A DNA stretch of 35,675 bases. Source: a virus (taxonomy: Duplodnaviria > Heunggongvirae > Uroviricota > Caudoviricetes). Position 1 is the stretch's first letter. Each line of letters opens with the position of its first letter. The stretch lies in IMG/VR virus record IMGVR_UViG_2563366934_000005; one strand, written 5' to 3'. The notes under the pieces were generated by a model, which was not told where the DNA came from, did not search any database, and saw nothing but the letters and a program-made list of their open reading frames with translations. Position numbers and translations under genes: made by a program. This document shows, in pieces, positions 1 to 8,600 of the stretch.

Positions 1-1362
1 ATGTTTAAACCGGAACTCCTTTCCCCGGCGGGAACGCTGAAAAATATGCGTTACGCTTTCGCTTATGGCGCAGATGCTGTTTATGCGGGCCAGCCGCGTT
101 ATTCCCTGCGTGTGCGCAACAACGAATTCAACCACGAAAATCTTCAGCTCGGCATCAATGAAGCCCACGCGCTGGGGAAAAAGTTTTATGTCGTGGTCAA
201 CATTGCACCGCACAACGCCAAGCTGAAAACCTTTATCCGTGACCTGAAACCGGTGGTGGAAATGGGGCCGGATGCGCTGATTATGTCCGATCCAGGGCTG
301 ATTATGCTGGTGCGTGAGCACTTCCCTGAAATGCCGATCCACCTTTCGGTGCAGGCTAACGCCGTGAACTGGGCGACGGTGAAATTCTGGCAGCAAATGG
401 GCCTGACCCGCGTGATCCTCTCTCGCGAGCTGTCGCTGGAAGAGATTGAAGAGATCCGCAATCAGGTGCCGGATATGGAGATCGAGATCTTCGTTCACGG
501 CGCGCTGTGCATGGCCTACTCCGGTCGCTGCCTGCTCTCTGGCTATATCAACAAGCGCGACCCGAACCAGGGCACCTGCACCAACGCCTGCCGCTGGGAG
601 TACAACGTCCAGGAAGGGAAAGAAGATGATGTTGGCAACATCGTACACAAGTACGAGCCGATTCCGGTGCAAAATGTTGAGCCGACGCTGGGTATCGGCG
701 CACCAACCGACAAAGTGTTTATGATCGAAGAGGCCCAGCGTCCGGGCGAGTATATGACCGCGTTTGAAGATGAGCACGGCACTTACATCATGAACTCGAA
801 AGATCTGCGCGCCATCGCCCATGTAGAACGCCTGACCAAAATGGGCGTGCATTCGCTGAAAATCGAAGGTCGTACCAAATCTTTCTACTATTGTGCACGC
901 ACCGCACAGGTTTACCGCAAAGCTATCGATGACGCCGCTGCGGGAAAACCGTTCGATACCAGCCTGCTGGAAACTCTGGAAGGTCTGGCGCATCGTGGCT
1001 ATACCGAAGGTTTCCTGCGTCGTCATACTCACGACGATTATCAGAACTACGAATACGGTTATTCAGTTTCTGACCGCCAGCAGTTTGTTGGTGAGTTTAC
1101 CGGTGAGCGCAAGGGGGACCTCGCGGCGGTAGCGGTGAAAAATAAATTCTCCGTTGGCGACAGCCTTGAGCTGATGACGCCGCAAGGCAACATTAATTTT
1201 ACCCTTGAGCACATGGAAAACGCCAAAGGCGAAGCTATGCCGATAGCACCAGGCGATGGTTATACTGTGTGGCTCCCGGTCCCGCAGGATCTTGAGCTCA
1301 ATTACGCGCTGCTGATGCGTAATTTCTCCGGGGAAACCACGCGTAATCCCCACGGTAAGTGA
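1..1362 (+). CDS. yegQ: U32-family peptidase-like protein YegQ (TrhP, tRNA hydroxylation)
   Basis: 453-aa ORF starting at ATG 1 and ending with TGA at 1360-1362. Length and sequence match my recollection of E. coli YegQ. Position immediately upstream of cyaR matches the K-12 gene order. Confidence 0.85.
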   Translation: MFKPELLSPAGTLKNMRYAFAYGADAVYAGQPRYSLRVRNNEFNHENLQLGINEAHALGKKFYVVVNIAPHNAKLKTFIRDLKPVVEMGPDALIMSDPGLIMLVREHFPEMPIHLSVQANAVNWATVKFWQQMGLTRVILSRELSLEEIEEIRNQVPDMEIEIFVHGALCMAYSGRCLLSGYINKRDPNQGTCTNACRWEYNVQEGKEDDVGNIVHKYEPIPVQNVEPTLGIGAPTDKVFMIEEAQRPGEYMTAFEDEHGTYIMNSKDLRAIAHVERLTKMGVHSLKIEGRTKSFYYCARTAQVYRKAIDDAAAGKPFDTSLLETLEGLAHRGYTEGFLRRHTHDDYQNYEYGYSVSDRQQFVGEFTGERKGDLAAVAVKNKFSVGDSLELMTPQGNINFTLEHMENAKGEAMPIAPGDGYTVWLPVPQDLELNYALLMRNFSGETTRNPHGK

Positions 1363-1396
1363 TTAATTTCGATTATTTTTCCCGGATGGAAAATTC

Positions 1397-1440
1397 TTAG
1401 AAACCGATCACATACAGCTGTATTTATTAAGGTTATCATC
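1397..1440 (+). promoter_or_regulatory. cyaR promoter region with candidate class II CRP site
   Basis: Half-site TCACA at about 1408-1412 with a degenerate partner TTAGA 11 nt upstream, centred about 42 nt before the cyaR 5' end. cyaR is known to be CRP-cAMP activated. The -10 element is not clear-cut. Confidence 0.35.
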
Positions 1441-1446
1441 CGTTTC

Positions 1447-1533
1447 GCTGAAAAACATAACCCATAAAATGCTAGCTGTACCAGGAACCACCTCCTTAGC
1501 CTGTGTAATCTCCCTTACACGGGCTTATTTTTT
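1447..1533 (+). ncRNA. cyaR: CyaR (RyeE) Hfq-dependent small RNA
   Basis: 87-nt stretch GCTGAAAAACATAACCCATAAAATGCTAGCTGTACCAGGAACCACCTCCTTAGCC... ending in a stem-loop plus U-run. It matches my recollection of E. coli CyaR in sequence and length, directly downstream of yegQ. Confidence 0.85.
1499..1533 (+). terminator. intrinsic terminator of cyaR (3' part supplied by the att core)
   Basis: 10-bp stem GCCTGTGTAA / TTACACGGGC (one G-U pair) with loop TCTCCC, followed by TTATTTTTT. Confidence 0.7.
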
Positions 1534-1534
1534 A
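1507..1534. repeat. prophage attR core (28-bp direct repeat, identical to 35173-35200)
   Basis: AATCTCCCTTACACGGGCTTATTTTTTA occurs exactly twice in the window, flanking the phage gene block. It is the reverse complement of what I recall as the P2 att core (AAAAAATAAGCCCGTGTAAGGGAGATT). Confidence 0.85.
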
Positions 1535-1600
1535 CGCGTAATTCAATGAAATAAAAGGATTTATTTCTGGTCACGTCCACACATTGACCACATCGACAAA

Positions 1601-1624
1601 AAAGCCCCTCGACTGAGGGGCTTT
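1601..1624 (-). terminator. intrinsic terminator downstream of ogr (bidirectional hairpin)
   Basis: AAAGCCCCTC-GACT-GAGGGGCTTT hairpin. On the minus strand it is followed by TTTTTTGTCG, 10 nt after the ogr stop. Confidence 0.6.
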
Positions 1625-1634
1625 CTGTTTGTAA

Positions 1635-1853
1635 TTACATCCACATAATTTGCTGCCCTGACGGTAACGGGTGCGGCCTTACGGCGTGGACTTCTCCCGG
1701 CTTCACGATGTATCTCTGTACCGACTCATAGGTGATGAACGTGGCGCTGCAATTCACGTTCTGGCACTGGTGATAACGCTCTTTTGTCGTGTCAGTGATA
1801 TAGCGGCTTGTACGCGCATGTGCGGCATGCTGGCATAAAGGACAATGAAACAT
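1635..1853 (-). CDS. ogr: late gene transcriptional activator Ogr (C4 zinc finger)
   Basis: 72-aa product from the ATG at 1853 (MFHCPLCQHAAHARTSRYITDTTKERYHQCQNVNCSATF...). Cx2C...Cx4C zinc-finger pattern and P2 Ogr length. The 93-aa track ORF is an upstream extension. Confidence 0.85.
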   Translation of the reverse strand: MFHCPLCQHAAHARTSRYITDTTKERYHQCQNVNCSATFITYESVQRYIVKPGEVHAVRPHPLPSGQQIMWM

Positions 1854-1934
1854 CGCGAGCACCTCTTCCGGTTTTGTTGATGGTGCCATTTTAGTTAATT
1901 TATCCTTATAAAACAAACAGATAAAATAAAAACA

Positions 1935-3098
1935 TCACTCATCATCTTCTGTTTCGTACTCCACATCAGAAAGCCTGACCTCAAGCTCCAGGGACGTCGT
2001 GAAGCCGCTATTATTCAGAAAATGTGTCACCTTAGTGATTGTCCAGTCCTGCTCGTCTATGACGCGCTTAAAACCTGACACTTTGACCGGCGTTTCCGTG
2101 TAAATATCTGCCCGACCAGTAGCCAGACTGATGGAGAACTCCGCTACACCCCGTTGCAGTTTATCCCACTTCGCCTGAGCGGCGCGCATGGCCTGTGCTT
2201 TCGTGGCATATACCGTGGTCAGTGCAAAAACGTTGTCAGCCTCACCGGCCATGTATTCACCTTCGCGCGCTTCCGGTACTTTTGGCGCTTTCTTCTGCGT
2301 GACTGGTTTCGCTTTCGGGTGCTCCAGTGCGCGCAGGTGTTTCTCTTTCTTTTTGCGTTTCAGTTTTACCTTCTGCTTTTGCGGCTTCGGGTCTTTGGTG
2401 TGTAACCACTTTGCCGTTACGCCTGTGTAGGCTCCGCGGTCAGCAATCGCAAAATGATGACGGTCGCCGTCGCTGCGGGTGATGGTAATCTGCGGGATTT
2501 TTTTACCGCTGGCCGTCACCCCCTGCCCCGCTTTGAGAAACAACAATTTTCCCATTTTTACCGACACCTCACCGCCGTTGCGTTCAGCAAGGCGGGTCAG
2601 GAATTTTGCATCAGACTCCTGCGACTGGTCGATGTGCGGGATTTTAATTCCGGCCAGTGACGGCGCGACACTGGCTTCCAGCCTGTTACGGGAGGCTATT
2701 GCCTCAACAATCGCACCGAGCGTGGTGTCATGCCAGGAGCCTTCACGGCGGGAATTGAGCGTCCCGCGAAAATCTGCACTCCGGGCGCGGATGGTGACCA
2801 CATCCGGCGCGCCCCGGTGTTCAACCTCATCAACGGTAAATTTCCCTTTGCATACCAGGGCAAAACCTTTCCAGCCGATATACACCGTCAGGACAGCGCC
2901 ACGAATCGGCAGCCCGACCTGCCCGTCGGCATCGTTCAGTTCAATATCAAGCTGGTCAGCCTCAAAGCCCCGGTTATCCGTCAGAGTCATGCTCATTAGA
3001 CGGTCGCTGATATTGCCGGTAATATCCCTGCTGTCGAGCATCAGCATGTAATCCGGCGTCAGCGTACTGCCTGCATCAAATGTCAGTGCATCCAGCAT
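1935..3098 (-). CDS. D: tail protein D
   Basis: 387 aa, the P2 gpD length, sitting between ogr and U as in P2. Start ATG overlaps the U stop. Confidence 0.8.
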   Translation of the reverse strand: MLDALTFDAGSTLTPDYMLMLDSRDITGNISDRLMSMTLTDNRGFEADQLDIELNDADGQVGLPIRGAVLTVYIGWKGFALVCKGKFTVDEVEHRGAPDVVTIRARSADFRGTLNSRREGSWHDTTLGAIVEAIASRNRLEASVAPSLAGIKIPHIDQSQESDAKFLTRLAERNGGEVSVKMGKLLFLKAGQGVTASGKKIPQITITRSDGDRHHFAIADRGAYTGVTAKWLHTKDPKPQKQKVKLKRKKKEKHLRALEHPKAKPVTQKKAPKVPEAREGEYMAGEADNVFALTTVYATKAQAMRAAQAKWDKLQRGVAEFSISLATGRADIYTETPVKVSGFKRVIDEQDWTITKVTHFLNNSGFTTSLELEVRLSDVEYETEDDE

Positions 3099-3577
3099 TA
3101 TCCCGCCCCCGTCATACCTGTGAATTTAGTCGCCATACTGCCAGCCTTACCGATGAGCGATTCCGCCTGTTTACCGATATCGCCATAAAGCGCGGCCAGT
3201 GATTCATCAACGCGGGTGAGCGACAGCGTAAAATCAATTTTCCGGGGTGTGCCGTCTGCAAAGAAAATACTCCCTGTTTCACTCACCTTGCTGATGACAT
3301 ACATGCCGTAAATCATGCCAGTGCCATCCAGCAACGGCCACGCCCGGCCTTCCTCTGCCATCAGCCTGAGCGTGGTCATCGTCAGCTTTCCGCCGGTCAG
3401 TTCGGGATAAAGCACACCGGCAAGCGTGATGTTTTCCTCGCCAACACCGAGAAACTGAAAGGCATCCCGTTTACCGATACGGGAATTTGACGGCCAGTGA
3501 TAATCTGATTCACGCTGCATGGTCTGGTGTGGCAGCGTCTGGCGCATAAAAACAAACATACCTAACGCGAGCATCAT
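3098..3577 (-). CDS. U: tail protein U
   Basis: 159 aa, the P2 gpU length, between T and D. Confidence 0.8.
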   Translation of the reverse strand: MMLALGMFVFMRQTLPHQTMQRESDYHWPSNSRIGKRDAFQFLGVGEENITLAGVLYPELTGGKLTMTTLRLMAEEGRAWPLLDGTGMIYGMYVISKVSETGSIFFADGTPRKIDFTLSLTRVDESLAALYGDIGKQAESLIGKAGSMATKFTGMTGAG

Positions 3578-3591
3578 TTTTCGTCACCTCC

Positions 3592-6039
3592 TTAACCGTC
3601 ATGCATCATGCTGGCACGGGCGCGCGCACGTTTATCCCGCTCGTATTTTTCGAGCGCATCCTGTAACTGGCGGTCAAGCTGTGTTCCCGGCGCAGAACCA
3701 CCCGTCAGGTTAATGTGATATTCGTTTTTACTCTGGTCTACATAAGAGCGGCCAGCCGGTGCCGTAACCGGCTGATAAGCCTGATAGCCTGCATAAGAGC
3801 TGGTCGCCGGAATATAACCAACGCTGCCATACGTGGCGGCTTGAGTTCTGGCGGCGGTCTGGTCAAGTGTGTCTGACTCTTTGTTGATAACACCGAGTTT
3901 TTCCAGTACCCAGTCAATACCGCTGCGCAGTTTGTTGAACGCATTAAGCGGCAGCATCAGCGCGTCAGCCAGTGCCTGCCCGAACATGACGCCCGTGTCA
4001 CGGCAACGGTTCAGGGTGTCCTGGGTGGCTTTAACCGGGGCAATCAGGTTTTTAAACCACTGCCACGCGGCCTGTAACTTTTCGCCCAGCCAGTCAAACA
4101 CCGGTTTCAGTGGCGTGAACAGCTCCCCCACCGGCGCAAATGCCGCTTTCAGCCCTTCAACCACACCGCCAAAGAATGCGCTGACAGGCTCCCAGTATTT
4201 ACGGATAAGTAACGCTCCGGCGACAATGGCGGCCACCACGGCCACTACCGGCCAGCTAATCGCCCCGATGGCCGTCATAACGGCACTGCCAACCGTCGTG
4301 AAAATTGCCCCCATTGCGCCTGCTGCAGCAATGATGGCATTGATGCCGGTGATAACCGGCCAGGCTACGAGGCCAATGGCACCGATGACACCAGTCAGCG
4401 CCAGTGCACCACCGACAATGATGCCGATGGTTGACGCCAGTGATTTGTTTTTCTGGATCCAGCCGTCGAGTTTTAACACATACTTTGTGGCCGTCTGCGT
4501 GAGATTACGCAGTGCGCCTTCCTGCTGGTCAAACAGGTCAGTCCCCACCGCCTCATAAGCGGACTGAAACTCCTTAAAGTCACCTCCGAGGTTGTCCTGC
4601 ATGATTTTAACCAGCTCTTCCGTTTTATCGTCCGAGGCTTTCAGCATGGCGGTCAGCTTATCCAGTTTTCCGCTTGCTGCCGCTGCCAGTAAAACGTTCG
4701 CTGATTTCAGGGCTTCCTCACCAAAAATGGTTTTAAGGTATTCCCCCTTCTGAGACGTTCCCAGCTTGTTTTTATCAAAGCTGGCCTGAATCTCTTTCAG
4801 AATGGTAAACAACGGACGCATATTTCCCTTTTTGTCCGAGGTTTTAACGCCAAGCTCTTTGAGTGCTTCCCATGCTTTCCCTGTCGGAGCCTGTAATCGG
4901 GTGACAACGGCACTGCTACCCGTACCCGCCATTGACCCCCTGATGTTATTGTCATGCAGCACACCTGTCATGGCTGCTGCCTGCTCAAGACTTACACCTG
5001 CCGTCTTCGCAACTGGGCCGAGGTAAGTCAGTGCATCACTGAGTCCCTGAAAATCAGCCGCCGACTTATTCATCGTTGCCGACAACACATCACCCACATG
5101 GCTGACATCATCATTTGACAGTTGAAAAGATGCTTTAGTCCCCAGCAACAGTTGCGCGTTTTCTTCCATCGACCGCTGATTCGCCAGTGCCATATTCAGC
5201 GTGACCGGCGTTGCCGCCTGAATAGCCGCAGCATCTCCACCCGCTTTCGCAATGATAATCTGCGCACCGGCTGCATCATCCGCCGAGGCGGCGGTGTTGT
5301 CGCCGAGCTGGCGCGCCTGCTTGCGTAGTGCGGTCATTTCGGCGGAGTCTTTTGCCACTCCGAGCACGGCCTGCAATTCTGAGTTTTTCTGCGCAAACTC
5401 ATAACCGGGCATCAGCAGCTTAACTCCGGCCATCGTTCCCGCCGCCGCAATCCCCACACCGGCAGCGCCCACTGAGGCCATATTTCCGGCCAGTTCCTTT
5501 CCGGCCTGATAACGCTGTTTTACTGCGTTAAGTTTTGCCTGTTGCGCACTGACACGCGCCAGCGCGTCACGCTGACGGTTAAGTTGTGCGGTGGTTTCAC
5601 TGATACGGTTTTTCAGTCCCTGCTCATCATGTGCAAGATTGCGGGTATTAATTCCCACAGCGGCCAGTTCCCGCTGCTGGCGTTTAACGGAATCCGTCAG
5701 GCGGTTATATTTCGCCTGTAAGTCCTCCGCCGCACGCTTTGCGGATTCCAGCACTTTCGCCTGAGCACGGGTCGGACGTTCGGTGTTTTTAAACTGTGTG
5801 GCAAGGGCTTCGGCTTCCTGCCGTGCCTTTTCAAGTGCATGACCAGTCACGGCAAGCTGTGCACTGGTCTTGCGGAATCCCTCAATACGGGATGCGTGAC
5901 CGTTCAGCTCGCGCAGTGATTTTTGTGTTTCCCGGATATCCCCCGACAGCGACTTACTCGCTGTACGGATGGATTTAAACGGGCGGGATGCCTGGTCAAC
6001 AGCCCTGAGCAATACCTGTAATTTTACATTGTTACTCAT
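3592..6039 (-). CDS. T: tail tape measure protein T
   Basis: 815 aa, the P2 gpT length. Coiled-coil-rich N-terminus and Gly/Ala-rich hydrophobic middle segment typical of tape measure proteins. Confidence 0.85.
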   Translation of the reverse strand: MSNNVKLQVLLRAVDQASRPFKSIRTASKSLSGDIRETQKSLRELNGHASRIEGFRKTSAQLAVTGHALEKARQEAEALATQFKNTERPTRAQAKVLESAKRAAEDLQAKYNRLTDSVKRQQRELAAVGINTRNLAHDEQGLKNRISETTAQLNRQRDALARVSAQQAKLNAVKQRYQAGKELAGNMASVGAAGVGIAAAGTMAGVKLLMPGYEFAQKNSELQAVLGVAKDSAEMTALRKQARQLGDNTAASADDAAGAQIIIAKAGGDAAAIQAATPVTLNMALANQRSMEENAQLLLGTKASFQLSNDDVSHVGDVLSATMNKSAADFQGLSDALTYLGPVAKTAGVSLEQAAAMTGVLHDNNIRGSMAGTGSSAVVTRLQAPTGKAWEALKELGVKTSDKKGNMRPLFTILKEIQASFDKNKLGTSQKGEYLKTIFGEEALKSANVLLAAAASGKLDKLTAMLKASDDKTEELVKIMQDNLGGDFKEFQSAYEAVGTDLFDQQEGALRNLTQTATKYVLKLDGWIQKNKSLASTIGIIVGGALALTGVIGAIGLVAWPVITGINAIIAAAGAMGAIFTTVGSAVMTAIGAISWPVVAVVAAIVAGALLIRKYWEPVSAFFGGVVEGLKAAFAPVGELFTPLKPVFDWLGEKLQAAWQWFKNLIAPVKATQDTLNRCRDTGVMFGQALADALMLPLNAFNKLRSGIDWVLEKLGVINKESDTLDQTAARTQAATYGSVGYIPATSSYAGYQAYQPVTAPAGRSYVDQSKNEYHINLTGGSAPGTQLDRQLQDALEKYERDKRARARASMMHDG

Positions 6040-6459
6040 TCGTGTTTCCGCTTCGCCGGAGCGCCTTTTCGCGCCATGTGATGAGTTCGGTCAGGCTCAT
6101 GGGATACAGTTCTGATGGCGGCCAGTGAAATATCACTGCCACATCCGCCATCAGGTCATCGACCGACAGATTTTTCGGAAACGTCACTGTACCGAGTTCG
6201 GCGACAAAAAACCGACCACCTTACCGGCCAGCGCCACAAGGTCAGGCAGTTCCAGTGCGGCGACTTCCTGCTCGGTCAGCATCGGTGCAGTCATGCGCGG
6301 CAGCACCTTAATCAGTGCATCGACTTCGGAGTTCGCGACCGCAGCCAGACTGACACCGCGCAGCGTCCCGGCATTGGGTTTCATCAGCGTGACCTGTTCG
6401 ATGACCTGCTCACCACGCTTGACCGGATTGTCCAGGGTAATCACATTTTCTTTGTTCAT
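6032..6459 (-). CDS. tail assembly chaperone E+E' (programmed -1 frameshift extension)
   Basis: After a -1 slip at G GTT TTT TG, the alternative frame stays open (VAELGTVTFPKNLSVDDLMADVAVIFHWPPSELYPMSLTELITWREKALRRSGNTNE) to a TAA overlapping the T start. Total is about 142 aa, as for P2 E+E'. Confidence 0.6.
6184..6459 (-). CDS. E: tail assembly chaperone E
   Basis: 91 aa, the P2 gpE length, ending ...KVVGFLSPNSVQ. A slippery TTTTTTG lies 6 codons before the stop. Confidence 0.8.
   Translation of the reverse strand: MNKENVITLDNPVKRGEQVIEQVTLMKPNAGTLRGVSLAAVANSEVDALIKVLPRMTAPMLTEQEVAALELPDLVALAGKVVGFLSPNSVQ
6205..6211 (-). other. slippery heptamer TTTTTTG for the E to E+E' frameshift
   Basis: Plus-strand CAAAAAA at about 6205-6211 is the reverse complement of TTTTTTG, in the correct frame context (G GTT TTT TG). 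Confidence 0.6.
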
Positions 6460-6515
6460 GGTTTTCTCACTTCTGAATCAGGGTTAACCGGTCAGCCTGG
6501 CTGACCGGATGAAAA

Positions 6516-7034
6516 TCACAGGCCGATATTGCGGCGGTGTTGCTCCAGCCGGTCGACGCCGTTCACCTTCTCAATCATGTTGATGGTGTCGATTTCGACC
6601 AGCTCCTTACCGTCCAACGTCAGCCGGAAATAGGTGCAGACCACGGAGATTTTCGACTCAGTGTCTTCTCCCTGTTTCCCCTCGCCGGTGTCGATTTCTT
6701 TCTGACGTCCACGCATGACCACCTCGACGGCCACCGTTTCGCCGGTATCGTCGCGCTGGTAAGAGCCAGCAAAACGAATCGGTACGGCATCCACGCCGGT
6801 TGCGGCGTAGAGCTCCCAGATAACCGAATCCGGGAAGCCCCCGAGCGACCACTCCATTGACAGCGCATCGTCATCAAGGCCGAGGTCTACCGGTGCGCTG
6901 CCGTTCATCCCCGCACCGCGATAGTTTTCGAGCTTACGGGTCAGTTTTGGCAGCGTGACGGACTTTGCAACGCCCTGATAGCTGTAGCCGTTCAGAAAGA
7001 CGTTCATTAACTTGAGTTTGCGCGGCATTGCCAT
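6516..7034 (-). CDS. FII: tail tube protein FII
   Basis: 172 aa, the P2 gpFII length, following FI. Confidence 0.85.
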   Translation of the reverse strand: MAMPRKLKLMNVFLNGYSYQGVAKSVTLPKLTRKLENYRGAGMNGSAPVDLGLDDDALSMEWSLGGFPDSVIWELYAATGVDAVPIRFAGSYQRDDTGETVAVEVVMRGRQKEIDTGEGKQGEDTESKISVVCTYFRLTLDGKELVEIDTINMIEKVNGVDRLEQHRRNIGL

Positions 7035-7046
7035 CGCTCAGGCTCC

Positions 7047-8237
7047 TTAATTGCTGTTAACCGAAGTGACCAGATTTGCCAGGTATTTATCGGTAATACG
7101 CTGGCGCAGGGTCAGGTTTTCAAGAGGAGGCACCGGTGTATAGTCGTAGTCGATATACAGTTTTCCGGCCTTGAGGGTTTCCGCATCGTTGGATTCTTCG
7201 CTGAACCAGCAGGTCGCATCCACGATATAGCCGTTTGTTTTCAGCTCACGGAATTTGGCATTGATGCCGTCAACGATGTCGCGAATCAGCGTTGCGGTGA
7301 TGGGCTTGTCCACCGCCCACATGTGCGCCTCAGCCATCGTGTCGGCCAGCACCTGCGCGGTGCGGGTGTAGTTTTCAAAGAGGAACAGCGGGTCATCAGA
7401 GCAGGTACGGTTACCCCAGAAGCGGAAACCGTCACGGCGAATCAGCGTTGTGACGCCTGACTCGTTAAGCAGGTCAGCATCGGTGCCGGACTCCTGCAAA
7501 TCCCAGAATACGGACGCGCTGATGCCGGTAACACCGTTCACCCCGACGTTGGACAGCGTTTTATGCCAGCCCTGCTCCTGGTCGATTTTAGCGCGCAGAC
7601 CCAGCGCACGGGCAGTGGCATACGCGGTGGCGGTGGTACTGGCGACCGTATCCCATGCGAGGAAATCCGGCCAGATGACCATCAGCTCACGCTGGCTGAA
7701 ATTCTGGCGGTAGGCTTTCACCTCGGAAATGGTTTTACAGCCCCATGCGCTGATATACCCGAAAGCGCGCAGCTTCTGACAGACTGATGCCAGTGCAACA
7801 GCCACCTCTTTGGTGTCCAGTCCCGGCACACCGAGAATACGCGGTTTAACGCCGGTTACCGACTCTGCCGCCAGCAGGGCTTTCAGTCCGGTGTACTGAC
7901 CATTTTCGTCGGTGGTGCCGATGATATTGGAAACGGTCTGCGCGAGTTTCGTTTCCTCGTCGTCGCCGGTGCCGTCTTCCACACGCACGACAACGGTGAC
8001 CGGTTTTGACTGGTCAGCGATGGCCTGCAACGACGCCGCCAGCGTGCCTTTTTTACCGGCCTTTGCAATTGCGCTCTGCACGTTGGTAATCAGCACCGGT
8101 TTATTGAGGGGGAAGGTTTCCGCATCCGCATCGCTGGCCGTGCAGACCATGCCGACAATGGCCGTGGATACGGTGGAAATGACGCGGGTGCCGTCGTTAA
8201 TCTCCAGCACCTGCACGCCGTGATGATAGTCACTCAT
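7047..8237 (-). CDS. FI: contractile tail sheath protein FI
   Basis: 396 aa, the P2 gpFI length. GGAG ribosome-binding site upstream of the ATG. Confidence 0.85.
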   Translation of the reverse strand: MSDYHHGVQVLEINDGTRVISTVSTAIVGMVCTASDADAETFPLNKPVLITNVQSAIAKAGKKGTLAASLQAIADQSKPVTVVVRVEDGTGDDEETKLAQTVSNIIGTTDENGQYTGLKALLAAESVTGVKPRILGVPGLDTKEVAVALASVCQKLRAFGYISAWGCKTISEVKAYRQNFSQRELMVIWPDFLAWDTVASTTATAYATARALGLRAKIDQEQGWHKTLSNVGVNGVTGISASVFWDLQESGTDADLLNESGVTTLIRRDGFRFWGNRTCSDDPLFLFENYTRTAQVLADTMAEAHMWAVDKPITATLIRDIVDGINAKFRELKTNGYIVDATCWFSEESNDAETLKAGKLYIDYDYTPVPPLENLTLRQRITDKYLANLVTSVNSN

Positions 8238-8330
8238 CCGTTTAACTCCGTGGTTAATGGGTGCAACTATTTTCTGTTGTGCAGAGCATGAGACGCTATA
8301 TGACCTGGCTGGTCAGTGGATGAAACAACA
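8238..8330 (-). promoter_or_regulatory. candidate late promoter region for the FI-FII-E-T-U-D operon
   Basis: About 90 bp between the upstream terminator hairpin and the FI start, where P2 places its Ogr-dependent late promoter. I could not identify a convincing TGT-N12-ACA element by eye. Confidence 0.3.
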
Positions 8331-8340
8331 GATAAAGAAA

Positions 8341-8361
8341 AGGCGGGCAATTCGCCCGCCT
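8341..8361 (-). terminator. intrinsic terminator closing the Z/fun cargo transcript
   Basis: GC-rich hairpin AGGCGGGC-AATTC-GCCCGCCT followed on the minus strand by TTTCTTTATCTGTTGTTT. Confidence 0.45.
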
Positions 8362-8600
8362 GTCCTGATTTGTACTCACTCATTTTCCGACTGACAATTT
8401 ACATAGCCCAAACGCTATCAATTCTGACAGTCTGCTTTGAGCGAGGAGCAGACCTTCACGCTTTTCGCTGTTGAGTGACATGAATTATTAAAGAGCATTA
8501 TAAAACTTCACTTTTTCTAATTTCAATGCTTTATTAAAGTCAGCGACATTCAGGCTTATCAATTCAATATTAATATACCATCAGCATTATATAAGAGGTA

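Noticed and set aside
1635-1916. Upstream-extended starts given in the track for ogr (93 aa), O (306 aa), P (600 aa), L (189 aa), X (90 aa), V (217 aa), C (123 aa) and A (777 aa)
   Set aside because: Internal ATG codons give the canonical P2 protein lengths, several with ribosome-binding sites or ATGA overlaps, and some track starts are TTG/GTG. The trimmed starts were used.
2479-3051. 190-aa plus-strand ORF inside D, and similar antisense ORFs inside T (3869-4558), I/J (14074-14655), M (20563-21162) and P (23500-24210, 24724-25173)
   Set aside because: Shadow ORFs opposite well-supported phage genes of P2-like length; GC-rich codon structure makes antisense frames open by chance.
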